Source of the DNA: Candidatus Marinacidobacterales bacterium
GTDB taxonomy: Bacteria > Acidobacteriota > Vicinamibacteria > Marinacidobacterales > SMYC01
DNA length: 64,000 bases
Direction of reading: 5' to 3'
NCBI GenBank assembly: GCA_965237955.1
Contig: OZ250169.1
Location: 6,016,001 to 6,080,000, forward strand
The notes under the pieces: generated by a model
Databases searched by the model: none
What the model was told of the DNA's origin: nothing
What the model saw: only the letters and a program-made list of their open reading frames with translations
Translations under genes and position numbers: made by a program
Part shown: one piece after another, positions 51,075-60,010 of the stretch
How the letters are laid out: each line of letters opens with the position of its first letter
How positions within the stretch are numbered: the stretch's first letter is position 1

Positions 51075-52621
51075 TAGGGCACGAGTCCTCGTTCTCGGAG
51101 AAACTCCGCGGCAACGGCCTCGATCGACCGCTTGCCTTCCTCCACCGAGGCGTTCAGTCCACGCATCGTGGCGTCATCGATGCGATCGGCGAGAGCCGAG
51201 AGCGCCCCTCGGAGCTCGGGCCAACGTTTGAGGACTTCTCGGCGCGCTACCGGCGCAGCCTGGTACGGCGGAAAGTAGGACGCGTCGTCCCCGAGCGTCT
51301 GCAGGTCGTACGCCTCGATCCGCCCGTCGGTGGAGAACGCAGCGATGGCGTCGACTTCGTTTCCGGCAAGGGCGCTGTACATCAACGCCGGATCGAGATC
51401 GCGTACTTCGCCGAACGCGAAACCGTACCTGCGGCTCAAGCCCGGATAGCCATCGGCACGCTCGGCGAACTCCGCCGTGAATCCCGCTCGAAGGTTGGTC
51501 GCGTCTCGAGCGAGATCGGAAATGGTGGTCCAACCGCGCCCACTCGCGTCGTCGCGGCGGACCGCAATCGTATAACTGTTATCGAATCCCAGAGGCGGGA
51601 GCCACTCCAAATCGAAACGCTCGCGGTACTCCTCGGTCACGATGGTCCAGAGATCATCGGGAGATTCCGGCATCTCCAAATTCAAAACCGCCGTGAGTGC
51701 CGTGCCCGAGTACTCGACATAGAGATCGAGCTCCCCCGAAATGAGCGCTTCATGGCAGATCATCGTGCCCCCGAGGTTCGGGTAACGCTCCACGCGAAGC
51801 TCGGTGCGCGCTTCGACGAGTTGCGCGACGACTTCGGCAAGGACGAGCTGTTCGGTGAAATTCTTGCTTCCGATGCGCACGACTCCCTGCTCGGGCGCAG
51901 CCGGGCCACCACTGGTGAGCGACAGCGCTCCGAGCACGACGAGCGCGAGGGGAGACCAGGCAGCGACGGCTTTCAGGCGCGCCTTCCACGCGGTTCTCTC
52001 TTGCCGTCGCGGCGCTCGGAGTCCCCACGCGGCCGCGCCCAGGCTGAAATCCACGGCCATTGCCAGGATGGCGGCTGGGATGGCGCCGAGGAGGATCAGA
52101 TCGTATCGCGAGAGGGCCAGGCCGCGGTTGATGAATTGACCGAGCCCGCCCGCGCCGATGAACGCCGACAGGGTCGCGATGCCGACACCGACCACCGCCG
52201 CGGTTCGAATCCCGGCCACGATGATCGGAGCCGCGAGCGGCATCTCCACGAGGACGAGACGCTGGCGCGAGCTCATCCCGACGCCGTCGGCCGCTTCGGT
52301 CACCGACGGTGGGATGGTCTCGAAACCCGCGAGCGTATTCCGCACGATGGGCAAGAGCGCGTAGAGGGACAGGGCGGTAATGGCGGGAAGAGCGCCAATC
52401 TGCCGGAACAGGACGAGAAGAAGCGCGAGCATGGCGAGGCTCGGAATCGTCTGTAGAATGCCGACGACGCTCAAGACCACGCCCTTGAGCGCACGTTGGC
52501 GCGCGGCAAGAATCCCGAGGGGGACTCCGGCGAGGATGGCGAACACGGTGGAAGCGCCGGTGAGCACCAGGTGCTCACTCGTCCTCAGCCAAAGCTCGGC
52601 CCAGCGCGAAGCATCCATCAC
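51074..52621 (-). CDS. osmoprotectant ABC transporter, fused permease/substrate-binding protein
   Basis: QTIPSLA, AGIRTA, GAGGLG permease; GSKNFTEQ, EYSGT, FPPYQA betaine-binding domain. Confidence 0.92.
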   Translation of the reverse strand: MMDASRWAELWLRTSEHLVLTGASTVFAILAGVPLGILAARQRALKGVVLSVVGILQTIPSLAMLALLLVLFRQIGALPAITALSLYALLPIVRNTLAGFETIPPSVTEAADGVGMSSRQRLVLVEMPLAAPIIVAGIRTAAVVGVGIATLSAFIGAGGLGQFINRGLALSRYDLILLGAIPAAILAMAVDFSLGAAAWGLRAPRRQERTAWKARLKAVAAWSPLALVVLGALSLTSGGPAAPEQGVVRIGSKNFTEQLVLAEVVAQLVEARTELRVERYPNLGGTMICHEALISGELDLYVEYSGTALTAVLNLEMPESPDDLWTIVTEEYRERFDLEWLPPLGFDNSYTIAVRRDDASGRGWTTISDLARDATNLRAGFTAEFAERADGYPGLSRRYGFAFGEVRDLDPALMYSALAGNEVDAIAAFSTDGRIEAYDLQTLGDDASYFPPYQAAPVARREVLKRWPELRGALSALADRIDDATMRGLNASVEEGKRSIEAVAAEFLRERGLVP

Positions 52622-53379
52622 CTGAACACGTCTGAAATCACGCGCAGCTGTTCTCGGATGCGACCGACGAGTTGTTCCACGTACGGAGTCGCGGGTCGCC
52701 GCAACACGTCGGAAGGAGCGCCGACTTGTTCGAGCCGTCCCTCGTGAAGGATGGCGATACGATCGCCGAGTCGCACCGCCTCGAAGACGTCGTGGGTGAC
52801 GAACAAGATCGTCTTGCGAAGCCTCTTCTTGAGAGACACCAACTCTCGTTGGAGCTCATCGCGCGTGACCGCGTCGAGAGCGCCGAAAGGCTCGTCCATG
52901 AGGAGGTGCACGGGATCCGCGGCGAGCGCGCGCGCCACACCGACTCGTTGCTGCTGCCCTCCGGAGAGCTCCTCCGGGAAACGCTCGCCATACGCGGACG
53001 GATCGAGGCCGACCAGCTCCAGCATCTCGTGCGCACGCCGGCGCTGTTCGCTCGCTCCCAGTCCCTGAAGCCTCGGAACGACACCGACGTTTTGTAAGAC
53101 CGTCATGTGGGGAAAGAGCCCAATCCCCTGAAAGACGTAGCCGAGCGAGCGGCGCAACGCGACCGGGTCCACCTGGGCTGTGTCCTCGCGGTCGACGTGG
53201 ACGGTGCCGCTCGTCGGCCGAACGAGCCCGTTCACCATCTTGAGGAGCGTGGTCTTACCGGATCCCGAAGACCCCAACAGCACGAGGGTTTCACCGTCCG
53301 AAACCTCGAGGCTGAGCTTTTCGACGGCAAAGCTCCGACCTTCGTCGAAGGTTTTGGAGATGTCGCGAAAGGCGATCAC
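52618..53379 (-). CDS. osmoprotectant ABC transporter ATP-binding protein
   Basis: GSSGSGKTT, GYVFQGIGLFPH, LSGGQQQR, MDEPFGALD; GTGA overlap with the methyltransferase stop. Confidence 0.92.
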   Translation of the reverse strand: MIAFRDISKTFDEGRSFAVEKLSLEVSDGETLVLLGSSGSGKTTLLKMVNGLVRPTSGTVHVDREDTAQVDPVALRRSLGYVFQGIGLFPHMTVLQNVGVVPRLQGLGASEQRRRAHEMLELVGLDPSAYGERFPEELSGGQQQRVGVARALAADPVHLLMDEPFGALDAVTRDELQRELVSLKKRLRKTILFVTHDVFEAVRLGDRIAILHEGRLEQVGAPSDVLRRPATPYVEQLVGRIREQLRVISDVFR

Positions 53380-54209
53380 TGCGGGCGCGGTGGGCCGGCG
53401 CCTTGGGTCATAGGAAATGGAACTTCCTTCTGCTTGCTCGCGATCATGGCCACGTAGTAGAGGGGGCGTCCGTCGGTCGCGAGACGGTGCCGGTACCGTC
53501 GATACGCCTCGATGCGAATCACCCCGAGGCGGCTGAGCTCTCGGACCATGCGGGCAAAACCAGAGTCGTCCCGTTCCTGCAAGAAGTCTTCTTTGATATT
53601 GAAGGCGAGCCAGCCCGGCGTTGAGATCAGGGAAAGTGCTGTCGAGAATGCCTTCGGTGGAATGTCGCCAAACCCCAGCGTCGCGACCGTGGTCAGGCAA
53701 TTGAGCTCTTTGGACACCAGCCGCTGGGCCTCGTCCGTCGGCAAATCCGTCATGTCCGTGACGAGGTATTCCTGATAGATTCCTTTTCGGTCTCGCCCCG
53801 TCGCCGAGCGGGCTTCCGGGATGATGTCGACACCGACGATGGTGTCCACGCCGAGGCTCTGGAGCTCATCGCCCACCATGCCGTTGCCCGCTCCCAAATC
53901 GAGCACCCTCAAATCGTCGGGCGACTGACCTTGCTCGCGCATCACGTCGGCAAGGAGACGCGTAACTCGAAACGGGGAGATGCACTCGAGGCGGTCGTAG
54001 AAGAGCCTTTCGTAGAGTCCGGGGATATCGAAGATGGCCGCGTAATCATGAAAACGGATTTGTCTTTGGGTGCCTTCGACGGTGACGACACACCACTCCT
54101 CGTCCTGTGCAAGCCGCTCCTCGCTCTTGCCGGGGAGCTGGATCGCCTCGATGCTCGTGTCCATCGCCGAAAGCCGTTCCTTCCACACTGTTTCCGCAGT
54201 CGTAGTCAT
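53376..54209 (-). CDS. class I SAM-dependent methyltransferase
   Basis: VLDLGAGNGMVG motif I, VGVDI motif II; N-terminal RFHDY..IPGLYE extension. Confidence 0.85.
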   Translation of the reverse strand: MTTTAETVWKERLSAMDTSIEAIQLPGKSEERLAQDEEWCVVTVEGTQRQIRFHDYAAIFDIPGLYERLFYDRLECISPFRVTRLLADVMREQGQSPDDLRVLDLGAGNGMVGDELQSLGVDTIVGVDIIPEARSATGRDRKGIYQEYLVTDMTDLPTDEAQRLVSKELNCLTTVATLGFGDIPPKAFSTALSLISTPGWLAFNIKEDFLQERDDSGFARMVRELSRLGVIRIEAYRRYRHRLATDGRPLYYVAMIASKQKEVPFPMTQGAGPPRPQ

Positions 54210-54364
54210 GAAGCTTGCGCGTCCCCTTTTCGAGTTAAAGAAAAACTTGCCAAATTCTGAAGACCTAAATATATCGACCCCACACCAAAATTGCAACGAA
54301 CGAGTCTCCGCAACAAGAAACCTCATCCTTAAAACAAAGCCTACAGTTAACTTACAGCGATGCA

Positions 54365-54399
54365 TTGACAGCGACCCGGGTCTACTGTAGTTTGACTAC
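54365..54399 (+). promoter_or_regulatory. sigma70-like promoter overlapped by a short inverted repeat
   Basis: TTGACA-N17-TAGTTT; GTAGT-TTG-ACTAC palindrome over the -10 box. Confidence 0.45.
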
Positions 54400-54468
54400 C
54401 ATAGAACAAGCGTTGCTATCGTTCGACCACGATGGAACTGGAGGCGCCTGGAATTCCCCGTAAGGCAC

Positions 54469-54845
54469 GTGGATCCGACTGAAAGAAAGGACTTCGGGAC
54501 GAAGTCCGACGACGACCTCGGGGAATACACCCGCATCTGTGTGCTCGTGGCCCGTAAGAACAACCTGTTCTCGGCGGCCGCCCGTACGGGATACGAAGAG
54601 CACGGCCGAGGCGCCGTTTTCTATTGTGGAGTGTGGGAGGAGATGCCCACAAAGCGACGCCTTGGTACTTGCCCGCTACGGAGCCCGAGTTTGCCAGCGT
54701 CGGCACCGAAATCCAGCAGGCCGTAGCGGTGTACCGTCCGTTGTCACAGGACGTGGTGGTCATCGTCACCCGAGACGATGAGGTCTTTGTGGCGAGGCTG
54801 CGGCTCCCAAGTCGCGATCCAGTCGTTGGAAGCCGGATGAACTGA
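54469..54845 (+). pseudogene. small hypothetical protein, probably frameshifted
   Basis: AARTGYEEHGRGAVFY in one frame continues as WYLP..QAVAVYRP..VVVIV in another. Confidence 0.4.
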
Positions 54846-55108
54846 TGCAGGTCCTCAGGCCTCTCACCGCACCCATCGTTGCCAGCGGAATGGTTGGCGC
54901 GTCACTCGCCGCGTGGGCATGTTACGCGCACCGGCAATGGCAAGAGAGCATCGAGAGAGAACGCTTCGTTTTGTCGATGAAAGCGGCTTCGACACCGGAG
55001 TCGCTGGCGCCGGAGGAGCGAGAGCGCCTTCGATTGCTGCGGGCGCCGTGGTGGGGCGTTTGGCGCTGGATCCCGGCGCAGCTCGGACGGGGCGATGACC
55101 CTCGATGA
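54845..55108 (+). CDS. small hypothetical membrane protein
   Basis: 87-aa ORF with one hydrophobic segment; TGATG coupling. Confidence 0.35.
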   Translation: MQVLRPLTAPIVASGMVGASLAAWACYAHRQWQESIERERFVLSMKAASTPESLAPEERERLRLLRAPWWGVWRWIPAQLGRGDDPR

Positions 55109-55189
55109 GCGAGAGCGAGACGAGCCTCAATCGGATTCATTGCATACCGCGTTCGGGATTGTGAGCCGGGCGGCTGCAACCTACAGGGC

Positions 55190-55221
55190 GTTACCCAGTA
55201 TGTTACCCACGGCTGTTACCC
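55190..55221. repeat. three GTTACCC direct repeats next to the tRNA 3' end
   Basis: GTTACCC at 55190, 55202 and 55215; resembles integrase arm-type sites. Confidence 0.55.
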
Positions 55222-55256
55222 GCGCGAGTTGCGTTCTCGCAACTTGTTGATTCATT

Positions 55257-55333
55257 TGGTCGGGGCGGCAGGATTCGAACCTGCGACCCCCTGATCCCGA
55301 ACCAGGTGCTCTACCAAGCTGAGCCACGCCCCG
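55257..55333 (-). tRNA. tRNA-Pro(CGG)
   Basis: CGGGGCGTGGCTCAGCTTGGTAGAGC-CCTGG TTCGGGA TCAGG-..GGTTCGAATCC..CCCCGACCA. Confidence 0.97.
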
Positions 55334-55360
55334 ACCTAGGCAAGAGGATTAGTTTACATC

Positions 55361-55390
55361 GGAAAGCCGGCCGCCGGAAGCGGCCGACTC
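55361..55390 (-). terminator. probable terminator hairpin
   Basis: GTCGGCCGC-TTCCG-GCGGCCGGC-TTT just after the stop at 55403. Confidence 0.5.
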
Positions 55391-55402
55391 GTCGGGGATC
55401 TT

Positions 55403-55795
55403 CTAGGCCGGTCCCGCCTGCTTTTCTGCGAAGTCGCCGATCACGGGTAGTTTGAACCACTCGTTGCGAAAGGCCTTGACGGCGCAGAGCACCGCGGCCG
55501 CGAAGATCAAAAACGGCAGGAAGATCAGTGCGATCCAACCGAGTATCGGGATCATTCCGAGGACGATGCTCAAGCCCATGGACACGACCGCGAGCCCGAT
55601 GGCCTGGATAGCGTGGAACCTGATGAAACGGTTCTTGTTGTAGGGCTCGAGAACGAGCCACACGATGGCGATGATCAGGAAATACGACAGCGCCGCGGCG
55701 ACGTTGACGTCCAGCCCACCGACCTGCGTCGTGGACTGTGGCGATGGTGTCGGCGGAGGTGACGACGACGGCGGCGGTTTCGGTGCTTCAGTCAT
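55403..55795 (-). CDS. DUF4870-family membrane protein
   Basis: GLDVNVAAALSY, FIRFHAIQA, KAFRNEWFKLPVIGDFAEK. Confidence 0.85.
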   Translation of the reverse strand: MTEAPKPPPSSSPPPTPSPQSTTQVGGLDVNVAAALSYFLIIAIVWLVLEPYNKNRFIRFHAIQAIGLAVVSMGLSIVLGMIPILGWIALIFLPFLIFAAAVLCAVKAFRNEWFKLPVIGDFAEKQAGPA

Positions 55796-55908
55796 TCTCT
55801 AATCCTCACAAATGAGAAGGGTTCTGGGAAAGAAGCATTCTAGTTTGGATAGCGACCCAGTCTCAAGCGGCTTTCTCCACCGGACCTCCGCGAGGTAAGT
55901 TGGCGGGA

Positions 55909-56409
55909 ATGGCAGGCCAAGAGAATCCCTACGCGGGCCCCACGTCGGATGCTGATGGATGGCGACGGGATCGATCCCGCGCCGGCGTTTCGATTCGAGG
56001 GGTTTTGGTGGGTTTGCCGGTCGCGTTCTTATCGATGCTCGGGGCGGGTCTCATCGTTGGACTGATCGCGACCGCGACTCTCGGTTTCGATCTCGAGGAA
56101 GCGGCGCGCCAAGGTGGTGGCCCGGTCGCACTCGCTCAGCAGGTACCGTACGCGCATTTTCTCTCGCTCGGAGTGTGGTCGGTGGGGGTTTTCTGCGGAG
56201 GCTACGTCGCCGCGGGGTATTCTAGTGACCGCCAGCTCGCCCAAGGCTTCATCGTCGGGGCCAGCATATGTTCGGTTTTCGTCTTCACCCGACTCGTGAG
56301 CGGGAACGCGAGTTTCTCGGTCCAGGATATTCTGGTGTTGCCCTTTGTCGTCGTCGGCGCACTCGGTGGAGCGCTCCGCGCCCGGAAGATGGCAATTTCT
56401 TCCCGTTGA
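55909..56409 (+). CDS. hypothetical membrane protein
   Basis: ENPY start, four TM helices, GGYVAA. Confidence 0.6.
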   Translation: MAGQENPYAGPTSDADGWRRDRSRAGVSIRGVLVGLPVAFLSMLGAGLIVGLIATATLGFDLEEAARQGGGPVALAQQVPYAHFLSLGVWSVGVFCGGYVAAGYSSDRQLAQGFIVGASICSVFVFTRLVSGNASFSVQDILVLPFVVVGALGGALRARKMAISSR

Positions 56410-57159
56410 ACTTCAAGTTCCAGGACTCGAGTGTGTCCAGAGCGTTGTAGTTCGTGAAATCGAGCTGGAGCGGGGTGACGGAGATGAAGTGATCACGCAG
56501 GGCATGAATGTCGGACATGCCGTTTTTCTCCCAGCGGCTGAAGCCCTGTTTGATCCAATAGTAGACGCGTGAGCGCGGGTCAACGCGTTCTTCGACTTTG
56601 GCCCAGTAGTCGCGGCGGCCTTGGCTGGTGATGCGTACACCTTTGATTTTGCTGCTGGGAACGTTCACGTTCAAGAACGTGCGCCGACCCCAATCCTTTT
56701 TGTTGACGACGACTTCCACGATCTTTCGGGCGAACGCGGCGGCGGCGCTGTAGTCACCGTCATCCTCCTTGGTGGCGAGCGAGACGGCGATGGACGGTAC
56801 GCCGAGCATCGCGGCCTCGCGGGCTCCGGCCACCGTCCCCGAGTAGGCGATGTCGTCGCCGACGTTCGCGCCTCGATTGATGCCGGAGACGACGATGTCG
56901 GGCGGTTTTGGTAGAAGCTTGCCGACGGCGAGGTTGACGCAGTCGGCCGGCGTTCCTTCGACGAAAAACGTTCGCTCCTCGATGTGCTCGAATCGGAGCG
57001 GCGCCGAGATCGTGAGCGCATGGCTCACCGCGCTCATCTCGCGCGCGGGCGCGACCACGGTGACTTCGCCGACTTCACGGAGCTTCTCAGCCAACGCCTT
57101 GATACCAGGCGCGTGTACCCCGTCGTCGTTGGTGACCAGGATATCGAGAATGGCGACAC
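56285..57159 (-). CDS. surE: 5'/3'-nucleotidase SurE (both ends uncertain)
   Basis: ILVTNDDGVHAPG, GTPADCV, SGINRGANVG..YSGTVAGA, SVTPLQLDFT; RBS-linked GTG appears out of frame and the 3' end overlaps the opposite gene. Confidence 0.9.
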
Positions 57160-57200
57160 TTCTCCTTGTCGAGTTGAAGTCTGTTACCGCGAGTCCGAAA

Positions 57201-57277
57201 TGGTCGGGACGGCCGGATTTGAACCGACGACCACTTGCACCCCAAGCAAGTGCGCTACCAGGCTGCGCTACGTCCCG
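57201..57277 (-). tRNA. tRNA-Pro(GGG)
   Basis: CGGGACGTAGCGCAGCCTGGTAGCGC-CTTGC TTGGGGT GCAAG-..GGTTCAAATCC..CCCGACCA; usual ihf-merR-tRNAPro-surE synteny. Confidence 0.97.
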
Positions 57278-57369
57278 ATCCCATCGCGTACGCGATGTAG
57301 GTTCCTAGGTGTCGCGTAGCAGGATATGGACGATAGCACGAATCAGGAGGCGCGGACTAGCCTCTTGAC

Positions 57370-57759
57370 CTATTCAGCCTTGAGGTCGCGGTCGAGCATG
57401 TCCAAAAGCCCATGCAGCTCGGCCTTGATTTCCTTGACTTCGTCCTTGAATCCGTCCTCGCCGGTCAGGGTCTGCGGCGCCGGCGTGACGCTTGTTCCTT
57501 TGGCTTGCTCTTTCATTTCCAGCTCCAGCTTCTTTTTCGCCCCCGCGATCGTGAACCCTTCTTCGTATAAGAGCGTTTTGATCCGCAAAATGGTCTCGAT
57601 ATCGCGTCGACGGTAGATGCGTTGGCCGGAATTGTTCTTGGCGGGTGCTAGTGCGGGAAACTCCGACTCCCAGTAGCGGAGCACGTACGGCTGGGTTTCG
57701 GTGAGCTCACAGACTTCTCCGATCTTGAAAAAGAGCTTGCTCGGTATCTTCTTTTCCAT
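57370..57759 (-). CDS. MerR-family transcriptional regulator
   Basis: FFKIGEV..YVLRYWESEF..GQRIY..LLYEEGFTIAGA. Confidence 0.92.
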   Translation of the reverse strand: MEKKIPSKLFFKIGEVCELTETQPYVLRYWESEFPALAPAKNNSGQRIYRRRDIETILRIKTLLYEEGFTIAGAKKKLELEMKEQAKGTSVTPAPQTLTGEDGFKDEVKEIKAELHGLLDMLDRDLKAE

Positions 57760-57776
57760 TTACCGGCTCGCCTCAT

Positions 57777-58052
57777 TCAGGAGAAGCCGTTCTGGAAATT
57801 CTTGGAGGGACGGAAGACGACCGATTTTCGCGGGAGTATCGTCATTTCCTCTCCCGTTTGCGGGTTGCGCCCTTTGCGCTCTTTTTTCTCTCTCACGAGA
57901 AAAGTTCCGAACCCGCTGATCTGTACGCGCTCGCCCTCGCGCAACCCCTGCTTGATGAACGCCAAGATGAGGTCCACCAGCCGGGACGCCTCCTTGTTGG
58001 AGAGGCCGCCGTGTCGTTCGTAAACTACCTTTGCTAGGTCCGCCTTGGTCAT
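57777..58052 (-). CDS. integration host factor/HU family DNA-binding protein (IHF-alpha position)
   Basis: MTKADL, VQISGFGTF, RKGRNPQTGE, VVFRPS. Confidence 0.9.
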   Translation of the reverse strand: MTKADLAKVVYERHGGLSNKEASRLVDLILAFIKQGLREGERVQISGFGTFLVREKKERKGRNPQTGEEMTILPRKSVVFRPSKNFQNGFS

Positions 58053-58158
58053 GGAGGGTCAATGATCCAGCTTTCCGATCACAGGAGTTACGGCGCTGCT
58101 GTTAAGTCTTGACTTTAAGGAACTTTGAGGACTGACAGTTAAACCGAGTACCTAAAGT

Positions 58159-58186
58159 ATTATATGAGACCCAAGAGTGAAGTCAA
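58159..58186 (-). promoter_or_regulatory. sigma70 promoter for the IHF-merR unit
   Basis: TTGACT-N16-TATAAT on the minus strand. Confidence 0.6.
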
Positions 58187-58210
58187 GCGTAATCATTGAG
58201 CGTTTGAGCG

Positions 58211-59524
58211 CTAGCGCTTCCGTATCGCGACTCTGAGCGGCGTCCCCTCGAAGCCAAACGTTTCTCTAAGCCTACGAGCAAGATAGCGCGGATACGTGGC
58301 GTCCAGCTCGGACCGCGATCGGTTCCCGAACACCACGAATCGCGGCGGCGAGACACCCGTTTGGGTGACGTAGTAGAACTTGACCTCCTTCCCGTCCTTG
58401 GCGCGAGGAGGCAGCCGGGCGGACGCAACTTCGAGAAAACGGTTGAGCTCGGGCGTTGGAACCCGCACCAGCTGCTGCTCGCGAACCTCGCGAATCCGGG
58501 GAAAGAGGCTTTTCATCCCCCGCCCGGTGATGGCGGAGAGGAACACGATGGGGGCGAAGCTGAGGTGGGGCATCTTCTCCCTTGCGACGAGCTCGAGCTC
58601 CTTCGCCTCCGCTTCCCGACCCTCGATGAGGTCCCATTTATTAAAGGTAAGAATCGCACCCCGTCCCGCATCCTCGATCTTCGCTCCAATCGACGCATCT
58701 TCGCTAGTAACTCCCGCGGTAGCATCGAGAACGAGAAGACATAGATGCGCCCGCTGCATGGCGCGCTCGGCGTACATCACGCCGAGGCGGTCGGCCTGGT
58801 TCGGGATCTTGCCCCGTCGTCGAATGCCCGCGGTGTCCACGAACCGGTAGGTGTCGCCATCGACCTCGAGAACCGTGTCGACCGCATCGCGGGTCGTGCC
58901 GGGAACATCGCTTACAACCGCGCGCTCCTCACCGGCCAGGCGGTTGAGAAGGGACGACTTGCCGACGTTGGGCCGGCCAGTAATGGCGACCCGCAACTCG
59001 TCGGACGCGGCAGCCTCACCAGGCTCGGGAACGCGCGCTGCTATCGCGTCCATGAGCTCGGCAACGCCGAGCCCGTGCTCGGCGGAAACTTCGAAGAGCT
59101 CGGGAAAACCCAATTTGTGGAACTCACCCGCTTGCGGCATGTGCCGCGCGGTATCGATCTTGTTCACGACCAGAAGCACGCGGTCCGAGATCGCGCGCAG
59201 CCGCTTTCCGAGGTATTGCTCCTCCGGAAGCAGGCCCGCGCGAGCGTCGACGACCCAGCACAAGAGCTGGGCTTCATCGATCGCGACGTCGACCTGGCGG
59301 CCGACCTGCTCATCGAGCGGCGTATCGAGCTCTTCGAGAATCCCGCCGGTATCGACGAGATCGAAGGTCTTCCCGTTCCACTCGACCAGCGATACATTTC
59401 GATCGCGGGTCGAGCCAGCAACGCAATCGACGATTGCCAAGCGCTTTCCGCTGATGCGGTTGAACAAGGTCGACTTGCCGACGTTGGGCCGGCCGACGAT
59501 GGCGACCCTCGAGGGCGCGCTCAC
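58211..59524 (-). CDS. der: ribosome biogenesis GTPase Der
   Basis: Two GRPNVGKS P-loops, TRD, DTGG/DTAG, NKID/NKWD, KH-like C-terminus FGFEGTP. Confidence 0.96.
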   Translation of the reverse strand: MSAPSRVAIVGRPNVGKSTLFNRISGKRLAIVDCVAGSTRDRNVSLVEWNGKTFDLVDTGGILEELDTPLDEQVGRQVDVAIDEAQLLCWVVDARAGLLPEEQYLGKRLRAISDRVLLVVNKIDTARHMPQAGEFHKLGFPELFEVSAEHGLGVAELMDAIAARVPEPGEAAASDELRVAITGRPNVGKSSLLNRLAGEERAVVSDVPGTTRDAVDTVLEVDGDTYRFVDTAGIRRRGKIPNQADRLGVMYAERAMQRAHLCLLVLDATAGVTSEDASIGAKIEDAGRGAILTFNKWDLIEGREAEAKELELVAREKMPHLSFAPIVFLSAITGRGMKSLFPRIREVREQQLVRVPTPELNRFLEVASARLPPRAKDGKEVKFYYVTQTGVSPPRFVVFGNRSRSELDATYPRYLARRLRETFGFEGTPLRVAIRKR

Positions 59525-59638
59525 GCTTATCTCCTTGACATATCAAGACTTCCGGACCCGCGATTATAGCACTCCGTGAGGTGGTCCCAACGGCAAGACT
59601 AACTCGAATGTTTAGAGCATGATATGAGGAGAACTTGC

Positions 59639-59667
59639 TTGACACGTCAGGGCCCGGTTCCTATAAT
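59639..59667 (+). promoter_or_regulatory. consensus sigma70 promoter of the HU gene
   Basis: Perfect TTGACA-N17-TATAAT, followed by a GGAGG RBS. Confidence 0.8.
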
Positions 59668-59693
59668 GATTCCCTATCCCTAGGGAGGTCAAT

Positions 59694-59963
59694 ATGATAA
59701 AGGTGGACATCATCAACGAGGTGTCCTCCACCGCGAACATCACGAAAGTGAAAGCGGAACAAGCCGTGGAAGCTGTGCTCGACGCAATGAAGAACTCCAT
59801 GAAACGCGGCGAACGCATCGAGCTTCGTGGGTTCGGGGTATTTCAGGTGAAGCCCAGGAAACGAGGCATCGGTCGCAATCCCCGGACCGGCAAGGAAGTT
59901 CGCATCCCACCGGGGCGGACTATCCGGTTCAAGCCGGGGAAAGACCTCCAGAACATACCCTAG
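59694..59963 (+). CDS. HU family DNA-binding protein
   Basis: MIKVDI, IELRGFGVF, GRNPRTG, FKPGKDL. Confidence 0.93.
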   Translation: MIKVDIINEVSSTANITKVKAEQAVEAVLDAMKNSMKRGERIELRGFGVFQVKPRKRGIGRNPRTGKEVRIPPGRTIRFKPGKDLQNIP

Positions 59964-60010
59964 GTCACCCGAGCTCAACACGGGGCGGCTAGCGGCTGCA
60001 ACCGAGCGCG

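Larger units (their letters stand above)
48910..55256. mobile_element. genomic islet integrated at tRNA-Pro(CGG), no integrase
   Basis: Bounded by a direct repeat of the tRNA 3' half; cargo operon only. Confidence 0.75.

Noticed and set aside
49953-51077. Long antisense ORFs here and opposite other genes (ilvA, der, ketosynthase)
   Set aside because: Shadow frames expected from high-GC codon bias; no motifs or RBS
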